Part shown: positions 32,231 through 40,322 of the stretch, piece after piece
Layout: the number at the start of each line of letters is the position of its first letter
Position numbering within the stretch: position 1 is the stretch's first letter
Assembly: GCA_028749105.1 (NCBI GenBank)
Contig: JAQUQF010000001.1
Coordinates: forward strand, 1 to 42,682
From: Acidobacteriota bacterium
Lineage (GTDB): Bacteria; Acidobacteriota; Aminicenantia; UBA2199
Reading direction: 5' to 3'
DNA: 42,682 nt
The notes under the pieces: model-generated
What the model saw: the letters and a program-made list of their open reading frames with translations, nothing else
What the model was told of the DNA's origin: nothing
The model's database searches: none
Made by a program: the position numbers and the translations under genes

Positions 32231-32256
32231 CCCCCCGGCTGTTTCCAGCCGGGGGG
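32231..32256 (-). other. Perfect 11-bp hairpin with GAAA tetraloop, 20 nt after the capsid gene stop
   Basis: RNA sense CCCCCCGGCUG-GAAA-CAGCCGGGGGG. It has no U-tract and is followed by G-runs. Confidence 0.7.
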
Positions 32257-32276
32257 CTTTGGGTGGGGATTATGTG

Positions 32277-33281
32277 TTAGCTGTTGGTATAGACATACCC
32301 CTGGCCAAGCGGATTGAGGCATTTCAGGATATACACTGCGTCATGGTAACCGCGCGGGCCGCCACCCTGGTCTTCCACCGTCCAGGCGGTCGGGGCTTGC
32401 AGGAAGCAGAGTTCCCACATGTCCATGTCCAGGAAAACCCCGGATCGGCTGCTGTAATCCGTGCTGGCACCGCTGCCCTCGGTGTGCGCCAGATACCAAT
32501 GGGCAAAGGTGTGCACCAGCCCGGCGTCAAACTCGAAGAAGTCCACCACGCGCTGGATCTTCTTCTCGCTGGCGTCGAGGTTGTAGCGCGTGAGCGCCTG
32601 GGCGGTGTTGATGTCCTCCACGTGGCGCTGGGCCCAGCCGCTCATGGCGACTTTGAGCTTGATCCCCACGTAGGCGGCCAGGTCCACCGGGCCTTTCTTG
32701 GCGGCCGCCATGGTTTCCAGCATGGTCTCCATGGCCGCGGCCGTGAATCCGGAGAGCGCGGCCGTGAAATGGCAGGCGGCATTCGGCCGGAAGTTGGCGG
32801 GCACCGGCAGCACTCCCTGCTCGGAATCGCTCAGCCAGGAAAGCACACCGCGGCTGCGGTAGGTGTTGCCGCCCGACTCGGCCCGGGTGTCCAGGGTGGA
32901 AAGGAGCTGCTTCTCCGTCATGCGCGCCAGGCCCAGGGCGTCGTCCGCGGCTTGCTTGGCTTTCTCGCTCTTCACCCCCGCGGCTTTGATGAGCTGCGCC
33001 AGGCGGGTAACCTGCCAGCCGGCGGTCCGCAGCAGCATGGCGTAGCCGCTGACTTTCTCCCGCGTGGTGTGGGTGAAGGCGCTGATGTCCGTGCCGTCCA
33101 GGGTGCCGGTGAAGGCCACGTCCGCATGGAGCTGACACGGCCACTCGCTCAGCATCTCTTTCGGTTTCGGCCCGCGTTTGACCAGACGCGAAAACGGCGT
33201 TTTCTCGCTCTCCGCGATGTAAATGGTGTCGCCAAGTTCCTGCAGTTTCATCGGGACGTCAGTTTCATAGAGTCCGGGCAT
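32277..33281 (-). CDS. Major capsid protein, HK97 fold (SU10/P22-coat-like family), 334 aa
   Basis: N-terminal LGDTIYIAESEKTPFSRLVKRGPKPKEMLSEWPCQ pattern typical of this capsid family. Follows a scaffold-like gene. AGGAGGG Shine-Dalgarno. Confidence 0.8.
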   Translation of the reverse strand: MPGLYETDVPMKLQELGDTIYIAESEKTPFSRLVKRGPKPKEMLSEWPCQLHADVAFTGTLDGTDISAFTHTTREKVSGYAMLLRTAGWQVTRLAQLIKAAGVKSEKAKQAADDALGLARMTEKQLLSTLDTRAESGGNTYRSRGVLSWLSDSEQGVLPVPANFRPNAACHFTAALSGFTAAAMETMLETMAAAKKGPVDLAAYVGIKLKVAMSGWAQRHVEDINTAQALTRYNLDASEKKIQRVVDFFEFDAGLVHTFAHWYLAHTEGSGASTDYSSRSGVFLDMDMWELCFLQAPTAWTVEDQGGGPRGYHDAVYILKCLNPLGQGYVYTNS

Positions 33282-33327
33282 GATAGGGCCCTCCTGTTAT
33301 CCCGATGCCAACCGGCAAGCGGGGTGG

Positions 33328-34140
33328 TTAGAATTTGCTCGCGATCATTTCTTCCAGGGCTGCCCGCCCGCCACCCCGCGCGCTGAAGGTCTTGGACGTG
33401 AATTCCGGCTTCTTGCCCGGCGCTGGTTTCTTGAGCGCCGCCCGCGGTAAAACGCTGGGGGCCGGGCCGCCGGCCTTGGGCTGCACCCTGCGGGTGCGAA
33501 TGCTGCGGCCCATTTTCATATCTGCGAGCATCTGTTCGGCTTTCTCGCGCATCAGCGTTTTGGTCTGCGGGGCCAGGTCGGATAGTTCGTCCGCGACCTG
33601 GGCTTCGCGTTCAGCCACGTCCGCGGCGCTTAATACCGGGTCGCCGGCGGCGCCGCTGCCTTCGTATCCGTCGCGGTGGCGCGTCAGCCAGGCGCGCTCG
33701 GCTTTCAGGGCCTCGTAGCGCTTGATCTGCGCCACTTCTGCCGGGGTAACGTATTCCGGCGTCAACCCCATCCGCAAAGCGTCCTGCACTACTTGCGCGT
33801 CGCGCGCTTCGAGTTCCTTGATCTTGGTTTCGAGTTCCTTGGCCTGGGCTTCGGCGTTCTTGCGTTTCACGTTGATTCCGTGAATCCGCTCGTTGACGGC
33901 GGCCTGGGCTTCCGGACTCAATCCCTGCACTTCCCCGTCCTGGACGGCTCCCTCTGCCAGTTCGGGGTCTTCTTCCTGGCCGGCGGCGGCTGGGTCGCCC
34001 GGATCGTCCGGTTGCCCTTCCGCGCTTCTCGCTTCCGCGATCTTGGCCTCCAACTCTTCCGCGTCTGTTTTTCCCGCCTCGGGCTCGGCCGGCGCTGCGC
34101 CGCGTGGATCTTCTGCGTCCATGATGTTTGCTCCCATCAT
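33328..34140 (-). CDS. Scaffolding protein (acidic, coiled-coil), up to 270 aa; a start at 34122 is more likely
   Basis: Position immediately upstream of the capsid gene. Glu/Ala/Lys-rich helices. GGGAG lies 8 nt before the ATG at 34122. Confidence 0.7.
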   Translation of the reverse strand: MMGANIMDAEDPRGAAPAEPEAGKTDAEELEAKIAEARSAEGQPDDPGDPAAAGQEEDPELAEGAVQDGEVQGLSPEAQAAVNERIHGINVKRKNAEAQAKELETKIKELEARDAQVVQDALRMGLTPEYVTPAEVAQIKRYEALKAERAWLTRHRDGYEGSGAAGDPVLSAADVAEREAQVADELSDLAPQTKTLMREKAEQMLADMKMGRSIRTRRVQPKAGGPAPSVLPRAALKKPAPGKKPEFTSKTFSARGGGRAALEEMIASKF

Positions 34141-34282
34141 TGAGGAGTTTTCCCGCGCTTTTCGCAGCGCGTCGGCGCTCCGTTTTTGGAGTTTTTTTCC
34201 TTCGCCTTTATCCTTCTATGGGGACCGATTTCCTGCAAGGTGCTGATTTTCAATTCTGACGATTCAACCAATTTCGGTCTCT

Positions 34283-34328
34283 AAAACAGCAAAAAGGCCC
34301 CGCCAAGCCTCCACGGCTCGACGGGGCC
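34283..34328 (-). terminator. Rho-independent terminator candidate
   Basis: RNA sense GGCCCCG..(AGCC GUGG AGGCU)..CGGGGCC followed by UUUUUGCUGUUUU, 25 nt after the stop at 34354. Confidence 0.6.
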
Positions 34329-34353
34329 CTCCCCCTTCTTCAGAGATAACTAC

Positions 34354-34629
34354 TCAGGTTATCCTCAGCCTCCACTCCCCGCACCAATCATCCTCTTCGC
34401 GCCTCACATATTCCGGAAACCTCCGGCACCAGCAAGTCGCCCTTCTGTCTATCGCGTGTTGCGGCTTGCCCTTCTCATCAGTCCCAAAGGTCGAAACGAC
34501 GAAAGTATGCGCGTAAAAATACCCGCAACTACCGCATTTTCCCAGTTCAGCCTTCGACCCCAGGGACTCTTGCCGCTCCGGATAGGTTTCGTCCTGCGGC
34601 GGTTTCAGATCTCCGGTTTCATTTTTCAT
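34354..34629 (-). CDS. Cys-rich small protein, 91 aa (possible Zn-binding)
   Basis: CGSCGYF ... CWCRRFPE ... DDWCGEW. ATG at 34629 preceded by AGAGGAAGGGAAGACG. Confidence 0.65.
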   Translation of the reverse strand: MKNETGDLKPPQDETYPERQESLGSKAELGKCGSCGYFYAHTFVVSTFGTDEKGKPQHAIDRRATCWCRRFPEYVRREEDDWCGEWRLRIT

Positions 34630-34646
34630 CGTCTTCCCTTCCTCTT

Positions 34647-34674
34647 AAATCTCAAATCTCAAATTTCAAATCTC
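34647..34674 (-). repeat. Four heptads GAGATTT/GAAATTT in the leader of 34354..34629
   Basis: Plus-strand aaatctc aaatctc aaatttc aaatctc. The same heptad family occurs at 17927-17947. Confidence 0.85.
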
Positions 34675-34677
34675 TTC

Positions 34678-34983
34678 CTACCCGCCTGCCCTCCTTTTCC
34701 GGCCTTCTTCGGCTATCTGTAAAATCCGCTCCTGGGCGTCAGCCAGCCAGCCGATCCCGCCGGCATGGTAGGCCCTGGTCTCTGCCGTGATGTCCACTCC
34801 GGCGGCGGAGTCCACGGCCATTTCTTCATACCCTTTCAGGATGTGCATGATCGCCACCAGCAGGGGGTTGTCTTTTTCCACGGAGAGCGCTTCCAGGATC
34901 TTTTTCTCCGACAGTTCCGGGATCCTGGCGAAGAGCTCCCGCGTCCTGTGCTGACGCCACCAGCTTTTTGTCCAGCTCAGCAT
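34678..34983 (-). CDS. Hypothetical protein, 101 aa
   Basis: ATG at 34983 (MLSWTKSWWRQHR...). The upstream part of the track ORF overlaps the HTH gene and was trimmed. Confidence 0.55.
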   Translation of the reverse strand: MLSWTKSWWRQHRTRELFARIPELSEKKILEALSVEKDNPLLVAIMHILKGYEEMAVDSAAGVDITAETRAYHAGGIGWLADAQERILQIAEEGRKRRAGG

Positions 34984-35159
34984 TTGATCTTCTCCTTTCC
35001 CATGGTTTTGACGACTTCCGCTCGCAGATAAACCGCGTATTTGCGGCCGGGCAGAATCCGCCGGCGCACTCCGCGCAAGCATCCCACGCTATACGAGCTG
35101 AGCCCGTATTCGCGCATGATGTCTTTGCGGCGCACATAGATTGTTTCCGGTAATGCCAT
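34977..35159 (-). CDS. Excisionase/MerR-like HTH DNA-binding protein, 60 aa
   Basis: ATG at 35159 preceded by AAGGAGGTGGGG. MALPETIYVRRKDIMREYGLSSYSV... Confidence 0.6.
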   Translation of the reverse strand: MALPETIYVRRKDIMREYGLSSYSVGCLRGVRRRILPGRKYAVYLRAEVVKTMGKEKIKC

Positions 35160-35176
35160 CCCCACCTCCTTGTTTT

Positions 35177-37237
35177 TCACCTTTCCCGCACCGTCTTTCC
35201 TGTTGGTAGCCTTTTGTGCGATCCAAAGGGCACCGGCCGCTTCGGGGCCACGCCATAACTGAATCCACCCCGGCCGTGCGTGGCCTCTCGCCCATCATCT
35301 TCGCATTCGCTCATGAAGAAGTAGCGCAGCAGGTCAATCGGATCTTTGCAGGCGCCTTTCTCGCCATCGGCGCCGGTCCAGTTCTCCAGGGCGTAAATCA
35401 TGTTGGGGCAGGCGGCGCTGATGTAGAGGCTCGGAGCATTGCTGAGGTTGCCGGCGTCGTCGGTCTCGTAGTCGAGCGCGGTGTTGATCGCGCTCTCACC
35501 TTCGCAAATTTCTTTGCCGGGCGCCAGGTCAAAGGTGAGCAGCAGATCGTCAAAGATCGTCTGGAGCGTGATCGGCCGGTCGTTCTCGATCCGGGGCGCG
35601 CTGGCGGCGCGGCTGTCCATGATCCGACCGGAGATCAACTCCCGGGCGCCGCAGCGTTCATCCCATTCTTCCAGTTCTTCGTCCGGGGGATATTCCCGGC
35701 CAGGGTTTTCCGACCGCCATTCTTCGTAGTTGCGCCAGCCTTCCAGCCTGGCGATCTCAAATTTGTAACGGCGATGCCCCCAGCCCCAGGGGCCTTGGCC
35801 TTCACTACGGGCCCCGTCGTTCCGGCCTTCATTGCGCCCGCTCGGGATCGCCCAGGGGCCCGGAATCCCGACCCCGGGTATCAGGTAGTCCCCGGGCCAT
35901 TCGCGATACACCACGTATGTCCGGCGTTCGCCTGGTTGGCTCACCCGGATCCAGCATTGGTAGTAGTTCCGACCGGAGGCCGGATCCATAAAGTGATAAT
36001 TGGTCCCCGCGATCGCGGCGGCTTGTTTGGGGGTCAAGACATGCCGGCGGCGGTCAAAGCGCGGGAATTTGCCCGCCACCGTCTTTTCGGCTACGCCGTA
36101 AAACCTCTCTCGGATATACGGGCGCGGTCTCTTCCGGACGCTGGCGATCAGCTCTTTGGGGTTGCCGAATGGGTTGTCCGCACCGTGAAACCAGATCACG
36201 CCTTTGAGGGGATCCACACAGCGGGCGACTCTGGGCACCCATTCCAGGGTGGCTTGATTTTCTTCCGCGGCTCCCGCCAGCCAGGTCCAAATGTCCGGCG
36301 GCCGGGCGGCGGGTGATAATACCAGCTTTTTGCCGGCGGTCTGCAGGGTCCAGTATTCTTCTTCCGTCAGTCCCAGGGCGCCAGATTCGTCAGGGTTTTG
36401 GCCCAATACCGGGAGTAAATGCCCGGGAGTTCTCCAGGTTGTCTGGGCGCTGTCCAGGAAGAGCTTGACGGTCGGGGTCCAGCCGTGAACGGGCGTGAAG
36501 GTTACTATTCCCTTGCCGGCGCGCGTTACCAGCCGGATCATCAGCTCGTCCAGCCAGTCGGCAGGCACCAACTCGTCCGGGGCCACCAGGTCGGGCTCTA
36601 AGCCCTGGATGGCGGTGTCCCGATCCTGCATGTAATTCATGAAATAACACGCGCTGCCGTTGGGCGTAATGAAACTCGATTCGGAAAATCCGGTCTTGCG
36701 TTTGTATTTGATGTAGGCCACCGCCGTCATGACCTGCAGCTTCCATTCGGCGGGTAAATACTTCCAGAATAAGGGTTGCTGGTCCATGACGCTGCGGGGA
36801 TTGCTCTCATGGAACGCATAGATCTTCGATCCGCTCTTATGAACGAGTGTGCCCAGGGAGCGCTTGGCCGAGTATTCGCTCTTGCCCGTGCGGTTGCCGC
36901 CCAGGATCAACAGCATGCGCACCGGCTCCGTGAATCCCAGCCGCCGGCGCACCTGGGCCTTGAAGTCTTCCCAGGTGGTCCCGCGCGCCTGGAGTTGTTT
37001 CTCAAAATGCTTGTCCAGTAGCCATTCGTAATCCAGCAGCGCGTCCGCGATCTTCCAGATCGGGCTTTCCCAGCCATAGCGCAGAGGATCGTCTTCCGCC
37101 GCGGCGATGGCTTCCGCGCGCATGTCCAGCAGGCGCTTGGCGGCGGCGTCCAGCGTCAGGCCGTGGCGGGCGGCCTCGGCTTCCACCTGGGCTCGGCTGG
37201 GCGGGGGCAGAATGGGATGATTTTTTATTCCTGGCAT
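35177..37237 (-). CDS. terL: Terminase large subunit, 686 aa
   Basis: Walker A LILGGNRTGKSEYS. Walker-B-like DLVAPDE. Size and C-terminal nuclease-length region are consistent. Confidence 0.85.
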   Translation of the reverse strand: MPGIKNHPILPPPSRAQVEAEAARHGLTLDAAAKRLLDMRAEAIAAAEDDPLRYGWESPIWKIADALLDYEWLLDKHFEKQLQARGTTWEDFKAQVRRRLGFTEPVRMLLILGGNRTGKSEYSAKRSLGTLVHKSGSKIYAFHESNPRSVMDQQPLFWKYLPAEWKLQVMTAVAYIKYKRKTGFSESSFITPNGSACYFMNYMQDRDTAIQGLEPDLVAPDELVPADWLDELMIRLVTRAGKGIVTFTPVHGWTPTVKLFLDSAQTTWRTPGHLLPVLGQNPDESGALGLTEEEYWTLQTAGKKLVLSPAARPPDIWTWLAGAAEENQATLEWVPRVARCVDPLKGVIWFHGADNPFGNPKELIASVRKRPRPYIRERFYGVAEKTVAGKFPRFDRRRHVLTPKQAAAIAGTNYHFMDPASGRNYYQCWIRVSQPGERRTYVVYREWPGDYLIPGVGIPGPWAIPSGRNEGRNDGARSEGQGPWGWGHRRYKFEIARLEGWRNYEEWRSENPGREYPPDEELEEWDERCGARELISGRIMDSRAASAPRIENDRPITLQTIFDDLLLTFDLAPGKEICEGESAINTALDYETDDAGNLSNAPSLYISAACPNMIYALENWTGADGEKGACKDPIDLLRYFFMSECEDDGREATHGRGGFSYGVAPKRPVPFGSHKRLPTGKTVRER

Positions 37238-37542
37238 ATTCCCAATCCTCGTAAAATCGCGGCGCGCTCGATCTTGGTGTCAAGGATCTCCAGGAGCTCG
37301 GCTAACCCGGGGCCTTGGAGCCAATATAACAACACCAGCACTTCGCCCGGTGTCCGGCATCCGCCCACTACCACCCGCGGCGGCCAGCCTTCCTGCCAAC
37401 GCGGATCGAGCTTGCCATTCTTCGCAATGCCGGCGTTGCGCAGGCTCTTGTAGTCCTCCACCGCCTGCTCGATGATGGCATACCCCAGGGCATCATACCC
37501 CTCAGTCCAGAGAACAGGAAAATACAGGTCAGTCTTTCGCAT
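37225..37542 (-). CDS. Hypothetical 105-aa protein upstream of terL (small-terminase position, unverified)
   Basis: ATG at 37542. GYAIIEQAVEDYKSL. Overlaps the terL start by 13 nt. Confidence 0.55.
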   Translation of the reverse strand: MRKTDLYFPVLWTEGYDALGYAIIEQAVEDYKSLRNAGIAKNGKLDPRWQEGWPPRVVVGGCRTPGEVLVLLYWLQGPGLAELLEILDTKIERAAILRGLGICQE

Positions 37543-37912
37543 TCCGTTTCCTTTCCCAGATCTCCATCCAGCGCATGACGTAATCCACCACGCTGCGGGC
37601 GAAGGGGATTTCCTGGTCTTCGGTGATGCCTTTGGGCTCAAATTCCTGGTAGCCAAATTTTTTTACCAGGCTCTCCAGGCTCTCCCCGCGCTGGAGCGCA
37701 ATGGAGATGGCTATGCTCCAGGAGTCCGCAAAGCCGTCCAGAGTGCTGCCGCTTTCGTCCATGTGCAGGAAGAGTTCCGCCGGCCGGCCGTCCGGATAAA
37801 ATCCCACCGTGAAAAAGAATTTCACCCGGCCAAAGGGCGCCGCCGCGCGGATCACCGCCTTGTGCGTGATGCTCGGCCTGGTGTCCGGTAACCGCTCGCG
37901 CGTGTCGTTCAT
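37529..37912 (-). CDS. Stand-alone TSCPD-like domain protein (ribonucleotide-reductase C-terminal-domain-like), 127 aa
   Basis: RPSITHKAV...FFFTVGFYPDGRPAELFLHMDESGSTLDGFADSWSIAISIALQRGESLESLVKKF...ARSVVDYV matches the family pattern. The TSCPD Cys position reads ARSVVD. Confidence 0.65.
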   Translation of the reverse strand: MNDTRERLPDTRPSITHKAVIRAAAPFGRVKFFFTVGFYPDGRPAELFLHMDESGSTLDGFADSWSIAISIALQRGESLESLVKKFGYQEFEPKGITEDQEIPFARSVVDYVMRWMEIWERKRNAKD

Positions 37913-38121
37913 GCTTTGCCTTGCCTCCTTTCCCGCTTGAGTTCCCTCTCAATCTCCCGGGCGCGCTCCAGGTCCTCCGCCACCCCGACGATCGCTTCTG
38001 TAACTTTCTCCCCCGCCTTTCTTTGCCGAAGCGCCCAGGCGACCGCATCCCCCAGCCGGCGCACAAAGAGCCCGCCGGCTTCATGCCATTCCACCGCCCA
38101 CCATTGTTTCCATTCATTCAT
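37909..38121 (-). CDS. Hypothetical 70-aa protein
   Basis: ATG at 38121. ATGA overlap downstream and an 8-nt overlap with the dnaB stop. Confidence 0.55.
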   Translation of the reverse strand: MNEWKQWWAVEWHEAGGLFVRRLGDAVAWALRQRKAGEKVTEAIVGVAEDLERAREIERELKRERRQGKA

Positions 38122-39463
38122 CCAGGCCGAATCCTTCTTCCCCGCACTCCTCGAACATGAAGTAGTGGGCGTGAAGCCAGCATTGGATTACCCCGGTCTC
38201 GCCGTTCTGTTGCTTCTGAATGTCCACGTTGACCGGCCTCTTTTTTTTCTGTTCTTCGTAGCCCATCTTCTTGACCGCTTTCTCATCCCGATAAACGAAT
38301 ATGACTACCGTCGCGTCCTGTTCCAGGCTGCCGCTGCCGCGCAGGTCCGCCAGCCGGGGGGGCCGGTCGTCCCGCTCGTTGTCGCGGGTGAGCTGGGACA
38401 CGCAGAGGATCGGAATCTCCAGCTCCAGCGCCAGGCGCTTGAGCACCCCGCTGACGTGCGTGATCTTCTGGCATTCCTGCCAGTAGGCGGCGGCGGGATG
38501 TGAAATCTGCACGTTCTGGATGAAGTCCAAGGTCATGAGCTGCATGTTGTGTTTGGCTTTCATCCCCCGCGCCCAGGATGTGATGGCGCCTACGTCGAAA
38601 ATGTCCCCTTTGACCGCGATGGGATACCCCTTAACCATGGGTATAATCTCGTCATGCAGCTTGGCTAGTTGGCTTTCACCCGCAAAACCGGAATTGAGTT
38701 TGGGGAGGCTGATCCCCGCTTCCCGACATAGCATCCGGGCCCATACCATCTGCACGGGCATGTCTATGGCCACCCGGCCTACCCACCCGCCGGCTTTGGC
38801 GACATGCGCGGCTATGTTTTCTTCCAGGACGCTTTTTCCCTGGCTGGGCCGGCCGGCGACCAGGTATAATCCCGGCCGTAAGCCGCCGCCCAAAAGCTGG
38901 TTGAGTTTGCTGAAGGGTGTTTCCAGCCCGGAGGGTTTTTCTCCGGCTTTGACCGCGCGCCAGCCGGCATAAAGGGTTTGCATGACCTCTTCGGGCGACT
39001 TTTCTTTTTCGGCCAGTTCCCCCAGGATCCCCGTAAAACTTTCCGCACTCTCCAGCGCTATTTTTTCCGGCTCTTCGCCAGTTCCCACCTGAACGTTCAC
39101 CTTCCCGGCTAATTCGATCAGACGCCGCCGCATCCACTCCGACCTGACCAGGCCCAGGTAATAGGGCCCATGCGCGGCGGCGGGCACCGCGTCCACCAGC
39201 GCGTTGAGGTAGTCCAGGCCGCCGGCGGTCTTGAGTTTGCCGGCGCGTTCCAGATTTTCGGAGAGGGTGAGGATGTCCACCGGGCGGCCGGCGGCGAAAA
39301 GCTCTAGCATGGCGGCGAAAATAACCTGGTTGCGGTGTTCGTAAAACATGGCCGCCGTGATTTTTCCGTCGCTGATGGCATACGGAATTATCTGGGCGGG
39401 CTCCAGGAGCGCCGCGCCCAGGGCGGCGCGCTCGGCTTCTTTTTGGGTTTCAGTCCGTTCCAT
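38114..39463 (-). CDS. dnaB: Replicative DNA helicase DnaB family, 449 aa
   Basis: ERAALGAALLEP N-terminal domain. Walker A VAGRPSQGKS. DLRGSGSLEQDATVVIFVYRDE. ATG at 39463 preceded by GGGGAGGGCAAAAAAG (the track start at 39481 is GTG). Confidence 0.93.
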   Translation of the reverse strand: MERTETQKEAERAALGAALLEPAQIIPYAISDGKITAAMFYEHRNQVIFAAMLELFAAGRPVDILTLSENLERAGKLKTAGGLDYLNALVDAVPAAAHGPYYLGLVRSEWMRRRLIELAGKVNVQVGTGEEPEKIALESAESFTGILGELAEKEKSPEEVMQTLYAGWRAVKAGEKPSGLETPFSKLNQLLGGGLRPGLYLVAGRPSQGKSVLEENIAAHVAKAGGWVGRVAIDMPVQMVWARMLCREAGISLPKLNSGFAGESQLAKLHDEIIPMVKGYPIAVKGDIFDVGAITSWARGMKAKHNMQLMTLDFIQNVQISHPAAAYWQECQKITHVSGVLKRLALELEIPILCVSQLTRDNERDDRPPRLADLRGSGSLEQDATVVIFVYRDEKAVKKMGYEEQKKKRPVNVDIQKQQNGETGVIQCWLHAHYFMFEECGEEGFGLDE

Positions 39464-40322
39464 CTTTTTTGCCCTCCCCACCCTTGAAAAGACGCTTCTC
39501 CAGCTCTTCCCAGGCGCCGCCGTTTTTTTGCTGCTCTACCAGCCGACGCACGATTTTTTCATATTGCACCCGAAGCCAACTGCCAGGTTGGGCGATAGGC
39601 CCCGCCAAAATCGCCTTGTCAGCGACCTCGGCGGCGACTTTCTCCCAATTCACTTCCACCGGCGCGGCGGCAAAGAAGCGGCGCGCCAGGTAGTCCTGTT
39701 CCCAGGTCAGGTTGTGAAGTTCGATCCTGCCCTTGAGAATCCGGTGCGCCGCATCTCCTTCCATGCCTTCTACCCCCTCGCTCTCCGTGGGAGTGGGTAT
39801 GGGAGTGGGAATGGGAGTGGGAATGGGAATGGGAGACATGTTTTTCCCTGCATTTCCCTGCATTTCCCTGCCATTCCCTTCAATTCCTTGCAATTCCTTG
39901 CAATTCCTTGCAATTCCTTGCAATTGCTTTCCTTTCCGTGGAGTTGCCTTTTTTTCCTTGATAATGCTGGCTTTTACGCGGGGCGGGCGGCCGTCGGCGT
40001 AGGTCAGGTGGTGGGCGGCCAGGTATCTGTCGGCCGAGTTGTCGGAGTGATCCGACCAGTCGTGTATGATCAGCCGGTGGGTCTGGTCTTTTCGGATCCA
40101 TCCCGCGGCGACCAGCCCCTCGATGAGCAGCTCCGGATCGAGTTTCCAGCCGATCATGCCGGCCAGGGCGTCGTTGGTGTATTTCCCGATGTCCCCGGCT
40201 GGGCAATACCGGGCCGCGAACAGCCACAGGGTTTCCATGATCCCGACCGCGGCATACTTCTCCAGCCCCAGGATGCTCATGAGCATCAGCATCTTGGGAT
40301 GTTCCGGCGTTCCCCTCTTCAT
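39450..40322 (-). CDS. Replication initiator/replisome-organiser-like protein, 290 aa, with a repeat-encoded central linker
   Basis: N-terminal HPKMLMLMSILGLEKYAAVGIMETLWLFAARYCPAGDIG...LVAAGWI...LIIHDWSDH resembles phage replication-protein N-terminal domains. Sits immediately upstream of dnaB. Confidence 0.65.
   Translation of the reverse strand: MKRGTPEHPKMLMLMSILGLEKYAAVGIMETLWLFAARYCPAGDIGKYTNDALAGMIGWKLDPELLIEGLVAAGWIRKDQTHRLIIHDWSDHSDNSADRYLAAHHLTYADGRPPRVKASIIKEKKATPRKGKQLQGIARNCKELQGIEGNGREMQGNAGKNMSPIPIPTPIPTPIPTPTESEGVEGMEGDAAHRILKGRIELHNLTWEQDYLARRFFAAAPVEVNWEKVAAEVADKAILAGPIAQPGSWLRVQYEKIVRRLVEQQKNGGAWEELEKRLFKGGEGKKDGTD
39788..39836. repeat. 12-nt repeats GGGAGTGGGAAT x3 plus hexamer GGGAAT, encoding PIPTPIPTPIPTP
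   Basis: Directly adjacent to the 10-bp repeat block. Confidence 0.85.
39841..39940. repeat. Ten consecutive 10-bp units (phased A/T tracts); ori/iteron candidate inside the initiator gene
   Basis: TTTTTCCCTG CATTTCCCTG CATTTCCCTG CCATTCCCTT CAATTCCTTG x4 CAATTGCTTT CCTTTCCGTG. The period is not a multiple of 3. Confidence 0.6.
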
